In this document: in pieces, positions 46,269 to 56,576 of the stretch
How positions within the stretch are numbered: position 1 is the stretch's first letter
How the letters are laid out: each line of letters begins with the position of its first letter
Assembly: GCA_963810095.1 (NCBI GenBank)
Contig: CAWEMM010000002.1
Span: 32,001-96,000, forward strand
Length of the DNA: 64,000 nucleotides
DNA from: an uncultured Chloroflexia bacterium
GTDB taxonomy: Bacteria > Chloroflexota > Anaerolineae > CG2-30-64-16
Direction: 5' to 3'
The notes under the pieces: model-generated
What the model was told of the DNA's origin: nothing
The model's input: the letters and a program-made list of their open reading frames with translations, nothing else
Databases searched by the model: none
Made by a program: the position numbers and the translations under genes

Positions 46269-47451
46269 ATGAACTACATCCTGGACTTCTTTGTGAATCT
46301 CGGCAATTCGTGGACGGCCTGGCTGAGCACGTTTCTGCCTGCCTGGGGCGTGACCGCGGTCAACTATCTGCTCGTGGGCATCATCCTGGTGATGATGCCG
46401 GTGATTGCGACCCTCACACTGACGTGGATGGAGCGCAAGGTTATCGGCCGGATTCAGAACCGGATTGGACCCAACCGCGTGGGCCCGTGGGGCATCTTCC
46501 AGGCCATCGCCGACGCGGTCAAGATGCTCGATTAAGGAAGACATCGTACCCTCCGGGGCCGATCGTCCCGTGTTCAACCTGTCGCCTATCCTGATCGCCG
46601 GCGCGGCCGCGCTGCTCTGGGCCGTCATCCCGTTCGGCAAGGGCATGATCGGGCAGGACTTGAACGTGGGCGTGCTCTACCTGGTCGCCATCGGCTCGAT
46701 CACGACCGTTTCAGTCGTGATGGCAGGCTGGGCGTCCAACAACAAGTTCGCGCTGATCGGTGCATTCCGCGTCGTGGCGCAACTGCTGAGCTACGAAGTG
46801 CCGATGATCCTGTCGATCGCCACCGTCGTGCTGTTAGCCGGCACAATGAGCACGATGGGCATCGTGGAGGCGCAGCAAGTGCCCTTCATCTTCGTCCTGC
46901 CCATGGCCGCCCTCGCGTACTTCGTCGCCGGCTCGGCCGAGGTGGGCCGCGCGCCCTTCGATTTGCTCGAAGCGGACTCGGAAATCGTCGCGGGCTATTT
47001 CATCGAGTACAGCGGCCTCAAGTTCGGCTGGTTCTACATCGCCGAGTACGGCAACCTCTTCGCGATCTCGGCCATCACGGCCACCCTGTTCCTGGGCGGT
47101 TGGCGTGGCCCCTTCGCCCACGAGGCGCCGGTGCTGGGTCCCGTTTACTTCATTCTGAAAACCTTGCTGGTCGTCTTCCTGCTCATGTGGATTCGCGGCA
47201 CGTGGCCCCGGTTCCGCATCGACCAGATGCTGGCGTTTGCCTGGAAGGTTCTCGTGCCCGCGTCCCTGGCGAACCTGCTCTGGGTGGCAATCGTCCTGAA
47301 GCTGCCCGTGCCGACGTTCGCGCAGTGGGTCCTGGTGTTAGGCGGCAACCTGATCATTCTGGCCGTGGCTGCAACCATGCTCGGCCGGGCCGCCAGGCGT
47401 TACGCTGACCAGCACAAAGTCGCCACCGCATCTGCGGCGGCGTCTGCCTGA
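46269..47451 (+). CDS. nuoH: NADH-quinone oxidoreductase subunit H (second copy, frameshift ~46530)
   Basis: [54 protein letters not shown]. Confidence 0.92.
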
Positions 47452-47602
47452 CATTCCGTACAGCAGCGCGGCGCCCACCCAGGCCTGCGCGGGCGCGAGT
47501 CGTTGACCACGCTAGCCTTTGCCTGCGCTGCTGTGTCTCTTGACCGCCTATTCCGCCAATCCGTCGCTGAACGGGAACGCACTCATGCAAGGGGTTGCAG
47601 CC

Positions 47603-48094
47603 ATGCAACAGGTCATGTTCTTTGTCCTCAGCGCAGTTACGCTGATCTCCGGTGCCCTGGTGGTCACCACGCGCAGCCTCTTCCGCTCCGCGCTCTGGCT
47701 CGTCCTGGCCTTCTTCGGCATCGCGGGGCTGTTCATCCTCCTCAACGCCGAGTTTCTGGCCGTTGCGCAGGTGCTCATCTACGTTGGCGCAATCTCGACC
47801 CTGATCATTTTCGCGATCATGCTGAGCCGCGGCGTCATGGACCCCGACGCCCGGCGCTTCAACAGCCAGTGGGGGCTCGTCGCGGGCTTCGGCGCAGTGT
47901 TCTTCGTGCTCCTGGCCGCCATCCTCACCCGCGTGCAGTGGCCCATCACGATGGGTGCGGTGCCCCCCGATGCCATCCAGCAGCTGGGTTCTGACTTCGT
48001 GGGGCCTTTTGTGGTCCCCTTCGAAGTGGCGTCGGTATTACTCGTCGTCGCCATGATTGGCGCCATCATCATCGCGCGTGAGCGGGAGAACTAG
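47603..48094 (+). CDS. nuoJ: NADH-quinone oxidoreductase subunit J (second copy)
   Basis: [25 protein letters not shown]. Confidence 0.93.
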   Translation: MQQVMFFVLSAVTLISGALVVTTRSLFRSALWLVLAFFGIAGLFILLNAEFLAVAQVLIYVGAISTLIIFAIMLSRGVMDPDARRFNSQWGLVAGFGAVFFVLLAAILTRVQWPITMGAVPPDAIQQLGSDFVGPFVVPFEVASVLLVVAMIGAIIIAREREN

Positions 48095-48095
48095 C

Positions 48096-48419
48096 ATGGT
48101 TCCACTCACCTGGTACCTCCTTGTTGCGGCCGCGCTGTTCTGCATCGGTGCGTTCGGCGCGCTCGCCCGGCGCAATGCCGTGGCCGTCCTGATGGGCATC
48201 GAGCTGATGCTCAACGCGGTCAACATTAACCTGGTTGCCTTCTGGCGCTATGTCAGCGCGGGGGCGAGCGCGGCCGCGAACATGACGGGGCAGTTGTTCG
48301 CCATCTTCGTCATCACCGTTGCGGCGGCAGAAGCTGCGGTTGGCCTGGCGCTGATCATCGCGATCTACCGCCAACGCAGCACCGTCGTCGTCGAAGACAT
48401 CGACACGATGAAGGGATAG
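48096..48419 (+). CDS. nuoK: NADH-quinone oxidoreductase subunit K (second copy)
   Basis: RRNA...[21 protein letters not shown]. Confidence 0.95.
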   Translation: MVPLTWYLLVAAALFCIGAFGALARRNAVAVLMGIELMLNAVNINLVAFWRYVSAGASAAANMTGQLFAIFVITVAAAEAAVGLALIIAIYRQRSTVVVEDIDTMKG

Positions 48420-48423
48420 CGGC

Positions 48424-50722
48424 ATGAGCGAAGCCACCACCTACCCGGCCGTCTTCAACCTGACGCCGATCATCCCGTTCCTGCCGCTCGCGGCCTTCGT
48501 GCTCATCGTGCTCTGGGCCAATCGCAGCAAGAAGCTCAGCGCCGCACTCGCGATTGCAGGCATCGCGCTCTCCTGGGTCATTAGTTGGGCGGTTGCCTTC
48601 ACCACCTTCGGGATGGAGCGGTTCGGCGAGAACCCCGTCACATTCGTCGCGCAACTGGCTGCCCACGGGCTCGACCTGGCAGGCGTTCGGCTTCCGGGTC
48701 GATCCGCTTTCTGCCGCCATGCTCTTCATGGTTCCGTTCGTTTGCTTCCTTATTTTTGTGTACGCAGTCGGCTACATGGGTGTGGGCAAAGAGGAGAGCG
48801 CAATTGAGGCCGGTGGGCACGACGAGCGCGGCAAGCCGGCCGAGCCCGGCCATGTCGACCGCCTCGCCAGTCGCTTCTTCGCCTACATCGCCCTCTTCGC
48901 ATCGGGCATGCTCGGCTTTGTCCTCTCCGACAACTGGGTCATGGCGTTCATCTTTTGGGAACTCATGGGCCTTTGCTCGTACCTCCTGATTGGCTTCTGG
49001 TTCGCCCGCAAGTATCCGAACCCGAAACAGATTACGCCCAAGGAGGCCGGGCTGAAGGCTTTCCTGACCACCCGGGTCGGCGACACGATCATGCTGGTCG
49101 GGTTCCTGATCCTCTTCGGCATCACCGGCTCGATCACGTTCTCTCAGATCCTGTCGCCCCAGACGCTGGAGCAGCTGACGACCCTGACGTTCAACCTGCC
49201 GGTCTTCGGCCCGGTCCCGGCGGCGACCGTCATCGCGATCCTGATCTTCTTCGGCGCCATCGGTAAGAGCGCCCAATTCCCCCTGCACGTCTGGCTGCCC
49301 GACGCGATGGAGGGCCCGACGCCCGTTTCCGCCCTGATCCACGCGGCCACCATGGTGTCGGCGGGCGTGTACCTGATCATTCGCCTCTTCCCGCTCATGG
49401 CGGCCGTGGAGCACGGCGGGGCGCTGCGCTTCATCGGCTTCATCGGCTCGTTCACCGCGCTGTTTGCGGCCACGATCGCCGTGGCGCAGAACGACATCAA
49501 GAAGGTGCTGGCGTACTCCACCATTTCCCAGCTCGGGTTTATGTTTGCCGCACTTGGCATCGGCGCGTACGTCGCCGCGACCTTCCACCTGCTGATGCAC
49601 GCCTTCTTCAAGGCCCTGCTGTTCCTCGGCTCGGGCAGCGTGATTCACGGCATGGAGCATGGACACCACGAGGCCGCGCACGTTCACACCCCCGCGGTGG
49701 CGCACGCGGACGAAGTGAGCAGCATCGCTCGTGACTCGCACACGGCGGAGACCAGCCCGCGCGAGGAGCACGGCTTCGATCCGCAGGACATGCGCAACAT
49801 GGGCGGCCTGTTCCGACGGATGCCCCGCACGGCCTGGACCTTCATTATCGGCGGCCTGGCGCTCAGTGGATTCCCGCTTGTGACTGCGGGCTTCTGGAGC
49901 AAGGACGAAATCCTGGCGGATGCTTGGTACAACCAGCACCACGTGGTCTTCTTCGTGCTGGCCCTGGCCGCGCTGCTCACCGCGTTCTACACCGGGCGCC
50001 AGATCATGATGACGTTCTTCGGCAAGCCGCGCACCGAGGCCGCGATGCACGCCTCGGAGCACGACAGCATCTTTGCCTGGATGACCATTCCGCTCATGGT
50101 GCTGGCCGTCTTCGCCGTTGTTGCGGGTTGGGTGGGTATCCCGACCACCTTCCCGGCGCTGGGCGCCCTGTCCACCAATCCCTTCCACGAATACATTGGC
50201 GGCCTCGCCGAGGCGCTCCACGTGGAGGCCGCGGAACTGCCGTTTACACCCGTGCCGCTCGTGACGTCGATGATTGTGGCGCTGGGCGGCCTGCTGCTCG
50301 GCTACCTGGTGTACCGGGGCTACGCGGCGAGGGCGCAGAGCGAGACCCGTGACCCGCTCTCCCGGCCGCTCGGCGGGCTGTACCGTGTGCTGCAGAACAA
50401 GTACTACGTGGACGAGCTTTATTACAAGGTGTTCGTGCGGGGCACTCAGCGGCTGTCCAACTGGCTCTTCAAGTTCGACGATGCGTGGGTAATCGACCCG
50501 ATCGTCGACGGGGTGGGCAAGGTGGGCCGGCGGCTTTCAGAGGCGGGTCACTGGTTCGATGTGCACGTCGTGGACGCCATCGTGAACGGCATCGGCAAGG
50601 CGGCCGACGCCTTCGGCGGCGCCCTGCGAGCCCTGCAAACCGGCCGGGCGCAGAACTACCTGTTTACGATCCTGGTCGTGTTGTCGGTAGCGCTGGGCTT
50701 GTACCTGCTGCTGCCCAAGTGA
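48424..50722 (+). CDS. nuoL: NADH-quinone oxidoreductase subunit L (second copy, extended helix HL, frameshift ~48650)
   Basis: FWELMGLCSY, GKSAQFPLHVWLPDAMEGPTP, HAFFKALLF, KYYVDELY...LQTG. Confidence 0.93.
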
Positions 50723-50782
50723 TTTCGACCTTACGTTATTCCGTTCGATCTTATCGCAACCGGTCCATCGGAGGGCTCTTTG

Positions 50783-52366
50783 ATGAATAACCTGCTGCTG
50801 ACCATTATTACCTTCGTCCCGCTTGTCGGCGCCATCCTCGTGCTGCTGCCGTGGGGTAGATGGTTCAGGCTAGACAAGGCGCGCGAGGAAAGGCTGATCA
50901 AGACGGGCGCGATCGCGATCAGCACGCTGCCCTTGGGCCTCGCGATCATGCTGTGGTTCGCCTACGATCGGGCGGCCGGCGGCATGCAGTTCCAGGCGAT
51001 GGTGCCGTGGATTCCGGCGATCAACGTGAGCTTCCACGTCGGCGTGGATGGCTTGAGCGTCCCGTTTATCTTTCTGACGACGTTCCTGACCACCCTCGGC
51101 CTGTGGTACTCGGCGCGCACGATCAAGGTGCGCGTGCGGGAATTCTTCTTCCTTTTCCTGCTGCTCGAAATGGGCATGTTGGGCGTCTTCATCTCGCTCG
51201 ACCTCGTGCTCTTCTACGTGTTCTGGGAGATCGGCCTCGTCCCGATGTACTTCCTGATCGGCATCTGGGGGCAGGCGAAGGACCGGCCGCAGTATTCGGC
51301 GATCAAGTTCTTCCTCTATACCATGGCCGGTTCGGTCTTCATGCTGCTGGCAATCCTGGCGATCTACTTTGCCACCGGCAGCTTCGACCTCCTCGTGGCG
51401 CAACGGGTGCATCCCTACGCGAATAATGCCCTGTTATCCGGCTTGTTTTTCTTCGCCTTCTTCCTGGCGTTTGCGATCAAGGTCCCGAGTTGGCCGTTCC
51501 ACACCTGGCTGCCCGACGCGCACACTGCCGCGCCCACCGCTGGCTCTGTCATCCTGGCCGGCATCCTGTTGAAGCTTGGCGCGTACGGCATCATCCGCAT
51601 CGCGCTGCCGGTCTTTCCGACCGCGGCCAACCGGTTCGCCGTGGTGCTCGTCGCGCTCGGCGTGATCTCAATCATCTACGGCGCGCTCGTGTCGATGGCC
51701 CAATGGGATCTAAAACGCCTGATCGCGTACTCTTCTGTGAGCCACATGGGGTACATCCTGCTCGGTGTGGGCGCGGCTGCCTACATGTTCGGGCGGCCCG
51801 AGTATATCGATGCGGGCGCGATGGCGCTGAGCGGCGCCACCTTGCAGATGTTTACGCACGGGCTCAGCACCGGCGCCTTGTTCTTCCTCGTCGGCGTGAT
51901 CTACGAACGCTCGCACGTGCGTGACTTGAAAATGTTCGGCGGCCTGAGCAGCAAGCTCCCGTACTACTACGGCCTTTTCGCTCTCGCAGCCTTCACATCG
52001 CTCGGGCTGCCCGGCCTGGCCGGCTTCTGGAGCGAGCTCTTCGTCTTCCGAGGCGTGTTCGCGGTGCCGGCGCTGGCCATCTGGGCGGTGATCGGCGTGA
52101 TCGGCATCGTCCTGACCGCGGCGTACATCCTCTGGAAGATCGTGCAGTACACCTTCCTGGGCCAGTATGATCCGCACAAGATCGCGCACTGGACCGACGT
52201 GGAGACCGGCGCCGAGCTGCACGAGCCCAAGGACATGGCGCTGTTCGAGAAGATCACGCTGTGGCCCCTGGCGATCTTTATGATCCTCTTCGGCGTGGCC
52301 CCGGCCCTGATCCTGACGTTCTTCAACGGAACGTTCACGACCTTCATGACCTCGCTCGCCAGGTGA
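50783..52366 (+). CDS. nuoM: NADH-quinone oxidoreductase subunit M (second copy)
   Basis: GVDGLS, FYVFWE, KVPSWPFHTWLPDAH, LLKLGAYG, GLPGLAGFWSE. Confidence 0.95.
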   Translation: MNNLLLTIITFVPLVGAILVLLPWGRWFRLDKAREERLIKTGAIAISTLPLGLAIMLWFAYDRAAGGMQFQAMVPWIPAINVSFHVGVDGLSVPFIFLTTFLTTLGLWYSARTIKVRVREFFFLFLLLEMGMLGVFISLDLVLFYVFWEIGLVPMYFLIGIWGQAKDRPQYSAIKFFLYTMAGSVFMLLAILAIYFATGSFDLLVAQRVHPYANNALLSGLFFFAFFLAFAIKVPSWPFHTWLPDAHTAAPTAGSVILAGILLKLGAYGIIRIALPVFPTAANRFAVVLVALGVISIIYGALVSMAQWDLKRLIAYSSVSHMGYILLGVGAAAYMFGRPEYIDAGAMALSGATLQMFTHGLSTGALFFLVGVIYERSHVRDLKMFGGLSSKLPYYYGLFALAAFTSLGLPGLAGFWSELFVFRGVFAVPALAIWAVIGVIGIVLTAAYILWKIVQYTFLGQYDPHKIAHWTDVETGAELHEPKDMALFEKITLWPLAIFMILFGVAPALILTFFNGTFTTFMTSLAR

Positions 52367-52390
52367 TGATCCAGGACGGGAGGCAGACTC

Positions 52391-53902
52391 TTGAAACTCT
52401 CTGACATTACCTACCTGCTGCCCGAGCTGGTGCTCCTCGTGGGCGCGGCGTTGGTCTTCCTGCTCGACATCCTTTGGCTGCGCCCCAAGATGTCTGGCGA
52501 CCCGAGATCGCAGGACCGGCGTTTCTCCTGGCTGCCCGGCATCGCAATTGTCGTGTTGCTCGTGGCGGCGGTGGCCATTATTCCCAGCCAGGCGCGTCCG
52601 GCCACCATCGTGGCGACGATGCTCACGATCGACGGGTTTGCCCTGTTCTTCAAGGCGCTGGCGCTCATGGGCGTTGGCCTCGTGATCCTGACCGCGATGC
52701 CCTATCTCAAGGGCCGCACGCCGTTCGGCGGCGAGTTCTACGCGCTCCTGCTGATCACCGCACTGGCGATTTGCCTGGCCGTTTCCGCCAACAACCTGAT
52801 CATGATCTACCTGGCGATGGAGTTCCTCAGCATAACGAGCTACGTGCTGGCGGGCTACCTGCGCAACGATCGGAAGTCGGGCGAGGCGGCGCTGAAGTAC
52901 TTCCTCTACGGCGCGACTGCGTCGGGTGTGATGCTCTACGGCATGTCGCTGCTCTATGGCGCGACGGGCACCACCGTGCTGTCGGAATTGGCGCAGGTTC
53001 TCTCGGCCCGGCCACAAGGCGACCTGGTGTATCTGATCGTGCCCGCCATCGTCATGCTGCTGGCCGGTTTCGGCTTCAAGGCCAGCCTGGTGCCCTTCCA
53101 TCAGTGGGCGCCCGATACGTACGAAGGTGCGCCAACGCCCATCACCGCGTTCCTTTCGACCGCTTCCAAGGCCACCGGGTTCGCGATCCTGATGCGGGTT
53201 TTCGTCACTGCGTTTGGGTTCCTGCCGGTTGCAGGGCAGTGGGTCACCATCCTGGTCGGGATTTCGGTCCTGACGATGACCCTCGGCAACCTGACCGCCC
53301 TGCGGCAGACCAATATCAAACGGCTGCTGGCCTACTCGTCTATCGCACAGGCCGGCTACATGCTGATTGGCGTCGCGGCCGTGGCCGTTACGCCCGGACT
53401 GACTTTCAACGGCATCAACGGCGTGCTCCTCTACCTGTTCGCCTACCTGTTCACCAATCTGGGTGCGTTCGCGGTGGTCATCGCCATCGAGACCAGCACG
53501 GGCAAGGTCGAGCTGAAGGACTACAGCGGGATGGTGCGCCGCTCGCCGTGGTTGGCCGTGCTCCTGGCCATCTTCCTGTTGTCGCTCGCGGGCATTCCGC
53601 CCACGGGCGGCTTCCTGGGTAAGCTCTACGTGTTTGGTGCGGCCGTGTACCGGGAGATGTGGGTGCTTCTGGCCATTGCAGCGATCAACACCGTCATCGC
53701 GGCGTTTTACTACCTGAATATCGTCCGTTACATGTTCTTCGTGCCCAGCGAAGAGCCTGTCGAACGCGTCCCCGTCGCGCCGGCCTTCGGGGCCGTCCTG
53801 GCGATCACTGCCACTGTGACCCTGGCGCTCGGCATCGTGCCGGGGCCGTTCATTGCGTGGGCGTCAGTCTCGGCACGCTCCCTGCTATCCGTACTTAGGT
53901 AG
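52391..53902 (+). CDS. nuoN: NADH-quinone oxidoreductase subunit N (second copy)
   Basis: TTG start with GGAGG RBS; EAALKYFLYG, GFKASLVPFHQWAPDTYEGAP, GIPPTGGFLGK. Confidence 0.95.
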   Translation: MKLSDITYLLPELVLLVGAALVFLLDILWLRPKMSGDPRSQDRRFSWLPGIAIVVLLVAAVAIIPSQARPATIVATMLTIDGFALFFKALALMGVGLVILTAMPYLKGRTPFGGEFYALLLITALAICLAVSANNLIMIYLAMEFLSITSYVLAGYLRNDRKSGEAALKYFLYGATASGVMLYGMSLLYGATGTTVLSELAQVLSARPQGDLVYLIVPAIVMLLAGFGFKASLVPFHQWAPDTYEGAPTPITAFLSTASKATGFAILMRVFVTAFGFLPVAGQWVTILVGISVLTMTLGNLTALRQTNIKRLLAYSSIAQAGYMLIGVAAVAVTPGLTFNGINGVLLYLFAYLFTNLGAFAVVIAIETSTGKVELKDYSGMVRRSPWLAVLLAIFLLSLAGIPPTGGFLGKLYVFGAAVYREMWVLLAIAAINTVIAAFYYLNIVRYMFFVPSEEPVERVPVAPAFGAVLAITATVTLALGIVPGPFIAWASVSARSLLSVLR

Positions 53903-53918
53903 ACGTTCCGGAGCCGGT

Positions 53919-54461
53919 GTGAACGACGACAAACCGGTCAGACAAAAGCACAGACATCAGCGGGAACCGATTCGTACGGTTCCCGCCTGGCGCAAGTATG
54001 GCGTTGAGCTGGCCGGTCTTGTCGTGGTCGGGGTGGGCCTGTTCCTGGTGCTCGAGCGGATGACCCTGCGCGAGACGCTCTCCACCTGGTTTCGTGACAC
54101 GGCTCGTTCGCTCATGGGCCGGTTCCAGCAGGCCGGCAGCGCCTTCGACGCGTTTCTCGACCAGGTCTCGGTTTCGGATGTCGTCGGCTTCACCCTGATC
54201 GTGGGCGCGCTGGCCGCGATCCTGCTGCGGATTCGCTGGCGCCTGCTGAACAATCCGAAGCTCACGGCCGTGGTGTGTCCCAAGTGCGGGGGCGTGATCC
54301 ACCGGGCTCATCGCACCAAGACCGACCACGTGGTCGCAGCGTTTGTGCCGGTCCGCCGCTACCGCTGCGCGAGTATCAGTTGCGGATGGCGCGGGCTGCG
54401 GGTGGGTGAACAACACGGGTCGTCACATCACCACGCGCGACCCTCAAACGTAGGAGAGTAG
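53919..54461 (+). CDS. Hypothetical membrane protein with C-terminal zinc ribbon
   Basis: Two TM segments, CPKC...RYRCASISCGW; GGAG before GTG 53919. Confidence 0.7.
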   Translation: MNDDKPVRQKHRHQREPIRTVPAWRKYGVELAGLVVVGVGLFLVLERMTLRETLSTWFRDTARSLMGRFQQAGSAFDAFLDQVSVSDVVGFTLIVGALAAILLRIRWRLLNNPKLTAVVCPKCGGVIHRAHRTKTDHVVAAFVPVRRYRCASISCGWRGLRVGEQHGSSHHHARPSNVGE

Positions 54462-54470
54462 AAGCGGTCC

Positions 54471-56117
54471 ATGCGACTTGGGTTGCTCCTCGAGGCGGTG
54501 CCGGGCATCCTGTCGGCGCCGCCTGACCTCGACATCGAGATTGCTTCGATCACTTCCGATTCGCGCCAGGTTACCCCTGGCGCTCTGTTTGTTGCGTACG
54601 CGGGCGTAGGTGCGGACGGGCACCGCTATATCGGCGACGCGCTGGCCCGCGGCGCGGCCGCCATTGTGGGTGAGCAAACGGCGGCGGACTTGCTCCCCGG
54701 GCTGGCCGTTCCGTATGTCAGGGTTGCGGATGGCCGGTCTGCCCTGGCCTGGCTGCATGCCGGGTGGTACGGTCACCCGAGCCGCAGCATGGTTGTGATC
54801 GGTGTGACCGGGACCGACGGCAAGACCACGACCTGCAATCTCCTCTTCAGCATCCTGAAGGCGGCGGGGCTTCGGGCCAGCATGATCAGCACGGTCAACG
54901 CGGTCATTGGCGACACGGCTTACGACACGGGCTTGCACACGACCACGCCCGACGCCGCCGACGTTCAGCGATATCTCGCCCAAATGCGAGATGCGCGAAC
55001 CGAGGTCGCCGTGCTCGAAACCACTTCCCACGGGCTGGCGCAACACCGCGTCACCGGGGTCGACTACGATGTGGCGGTCGTCACGAACATCACCCACGAG
55101 CACCTTGACTTTCACGGCAGTTACGAGGCCTACCGGGATGCGAAGGCGATGCTCTTCCGGTCGTTGCTGGCTGCGGGCCGCGATACGAAAGCAATGTCAT
55201 TTGGGAAACCGGGTTTCTTGAGCGCGAACCCAAAGACCGCGGTCCTTAACCTGGACGACAGCTCGTTCGCATACCTGGCGCAGATTCCCGCGCCGCGCAC
55301 CGTGGTCTACAGCGCAGGGGCCTCGGGTCCTGACCTTCCGCACGGAGTCACGGCGCTGCGGGCGAGCGGCGCGCGGCAGGGTCCCGCTGGCATGTCGTTC
55401 GACGTGGAGGTGACAGAGAACACGAGGGTGGCCGCGGCCTTCCACCTCAGCACTCCTCTCGTCGGGCGCTTCAACGTGTCGAATGTGCTCGCCGCGGCCG
55501 GCGCCGCCGTCGCGCTCGGGCTGCCGGCGGAGCACATCGTCGCAGGCGTGGCGGGCCTCAAGGGCATTCCGGGCCGGATGGAACGGATCGACCGTGGCCA
55601 GCCGTTTACCGCGGTCGTCGACTTCGCCCACACACCGAATGCCCTGGCGCAGGCCCTGGCAGCGGCGCGGGACGGCGTCGAAATGGGCGGGCGAGTGATC
55701 GTCGTCTTCGGCAGCGCGGGGCTGCGTGACCGCGAGAAACGCCGCCTCATGGGCGAGGTTGCGGCGAAGCACGCCGACTATACGGTGATTACCGCGGAGG
55801 ATCCCCGCACTGAAGACCTCGCCGCGATCCTGGCCGAAACCGCGGGCGCTATGACGCAGGCTGGCCGGGTGGAAGGGGTTGACTTCGAGCGTGTGCCCGA
55901 CCGTCAGACCGCTATTCTGGCGGGGGTGCGCAACGCGCGGGCCGGCGACATCGTACTGGTGTGTGGCAAGGGCCACGAGCAGTCAATGTGCTTTGGGGTG
56001 GTCGAGCATCCGTGGCGTGACCAGGCCGCGTTGGCGTGGGCGCTCGACAAGCTGCTGGGCAGGGGACCGGCCGAGCCACCCTTCGTCCTGCCGACGTGGC
56101 CCGGCGCACGCGCCTGA
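54471..56117 (+). CDS. murE: UDP-MurNAc-L-Ala-D-Glu:diamino acid ligase MurE
   Basis: DSRQV, GVTGTDGKTT, TTP, ETTSHGL, EHLDFHG, PGRME, VDFAHTP, EDPR, GKGHE. Confidence 0.93.
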   Translation: MRLGLLLEAVPGILSAPPDLDIEIASITSDSRQVTPGALFVAYAGVGADGHRYIGDALARGAAAIVGEQTAADLLPGLAVPYVRVADGRSALAWLHAGWYGHPSRSMVVIGVTGTDGKTTTCNLLFSILKAAGLRASMISTVNAVIGDTAYDTGLHTTTPDAADVQRYLAQMRDARTEVAVLETTSHGLAQHRVTGVDYDVAVVTNITHEHLDFHGSYEAYRDAKAMLFRSLLAAGRDTKAMSFGKPGFLSANPKTAVLNLDDSSFAYLAQIPAPRTVVYSAGASGPDLPHGVTALRASGARQGPAGMSFDVEVTENTRVAAAFHLSTPLVGRFNVSNVLAAAGAAVALGLPAEHIVAGVAGLKGIPGRMERIDRGQPFTAVVDFAHTPNALAQALAAARDGVEMGGRVIVVFGSAGLRDREKRRLMGEVAAKHADYTVITAEDPRTEDLAAILAETAGAMTQAGRVEGVDFERVPDRQTAILAGVRNARAGDIVLVCGKGHEQSMCFGVVEHPWRDQAALAWALDKLLGRGPAEPPFVLPTWPGARA

Positions 56118-56148
56118 GTCCGAAGACGGTCGTCCCTTGTGCGCGGTT

Positions 56149-56576
56149 TTGCGCATAGGGGCACAAAGATTAGAATGCTTGGGCGGGCGCGCACTCAGCT
56201 CGCCGCCGGCTGCCATTCATTGCGGTTGCATCGATGGGTGGGGAGAGTGATCTCCTAAGGATTTACCGAACGGTTTATGGGACCAAAAACGAAACCTGGT
56301 AGTACCAGCGGTGCTGATGACGGTATCAGTCTGAGCGTCAGCACCTCGAAGCACCGGCAGACGGCCTGCCGCCGGCCCCTCGCAGTGATGCCGCCCCGGG
56401 TTTAGCGACCCCGCCGGGCCATCCCTGTGTGGCCACCGGCGTCTCCAGTACCTTCCTGCTGCAAAATCAAGCCGACACTTTATCCGGACGTCGCGGTTCC
56501 ACGCGTCGCCGGGTTGTCCGCGTTCCCCTGCGCGGTGCACCGGCGCCGAGCGCCGACTCTGGGGCGGGAGGAGTCG
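56149..56576 (+). promoter_or_regulatory. Candidate promoter and long structured 5' leader of corA
   Basis: TTGCGC-16-TAGAAT (56149-56176); several stems; CGACTC/GAGTCG stem covering the SD next to the ATG. Confidence 0.5.

Noticed and set aside
45911-53902. Mrp antiporter or hydrogenase membrane module
   Set aside because: Clear NuoA and NuoH are present and there are no MrpE/F/G or hydrogenase subunits
56180-56576. Firm call of an M-box or NiCo riboswitch
   Set aside because: The M-box consensus is not seen and the NiCo resemblance is partial; kept only as a candidate leader
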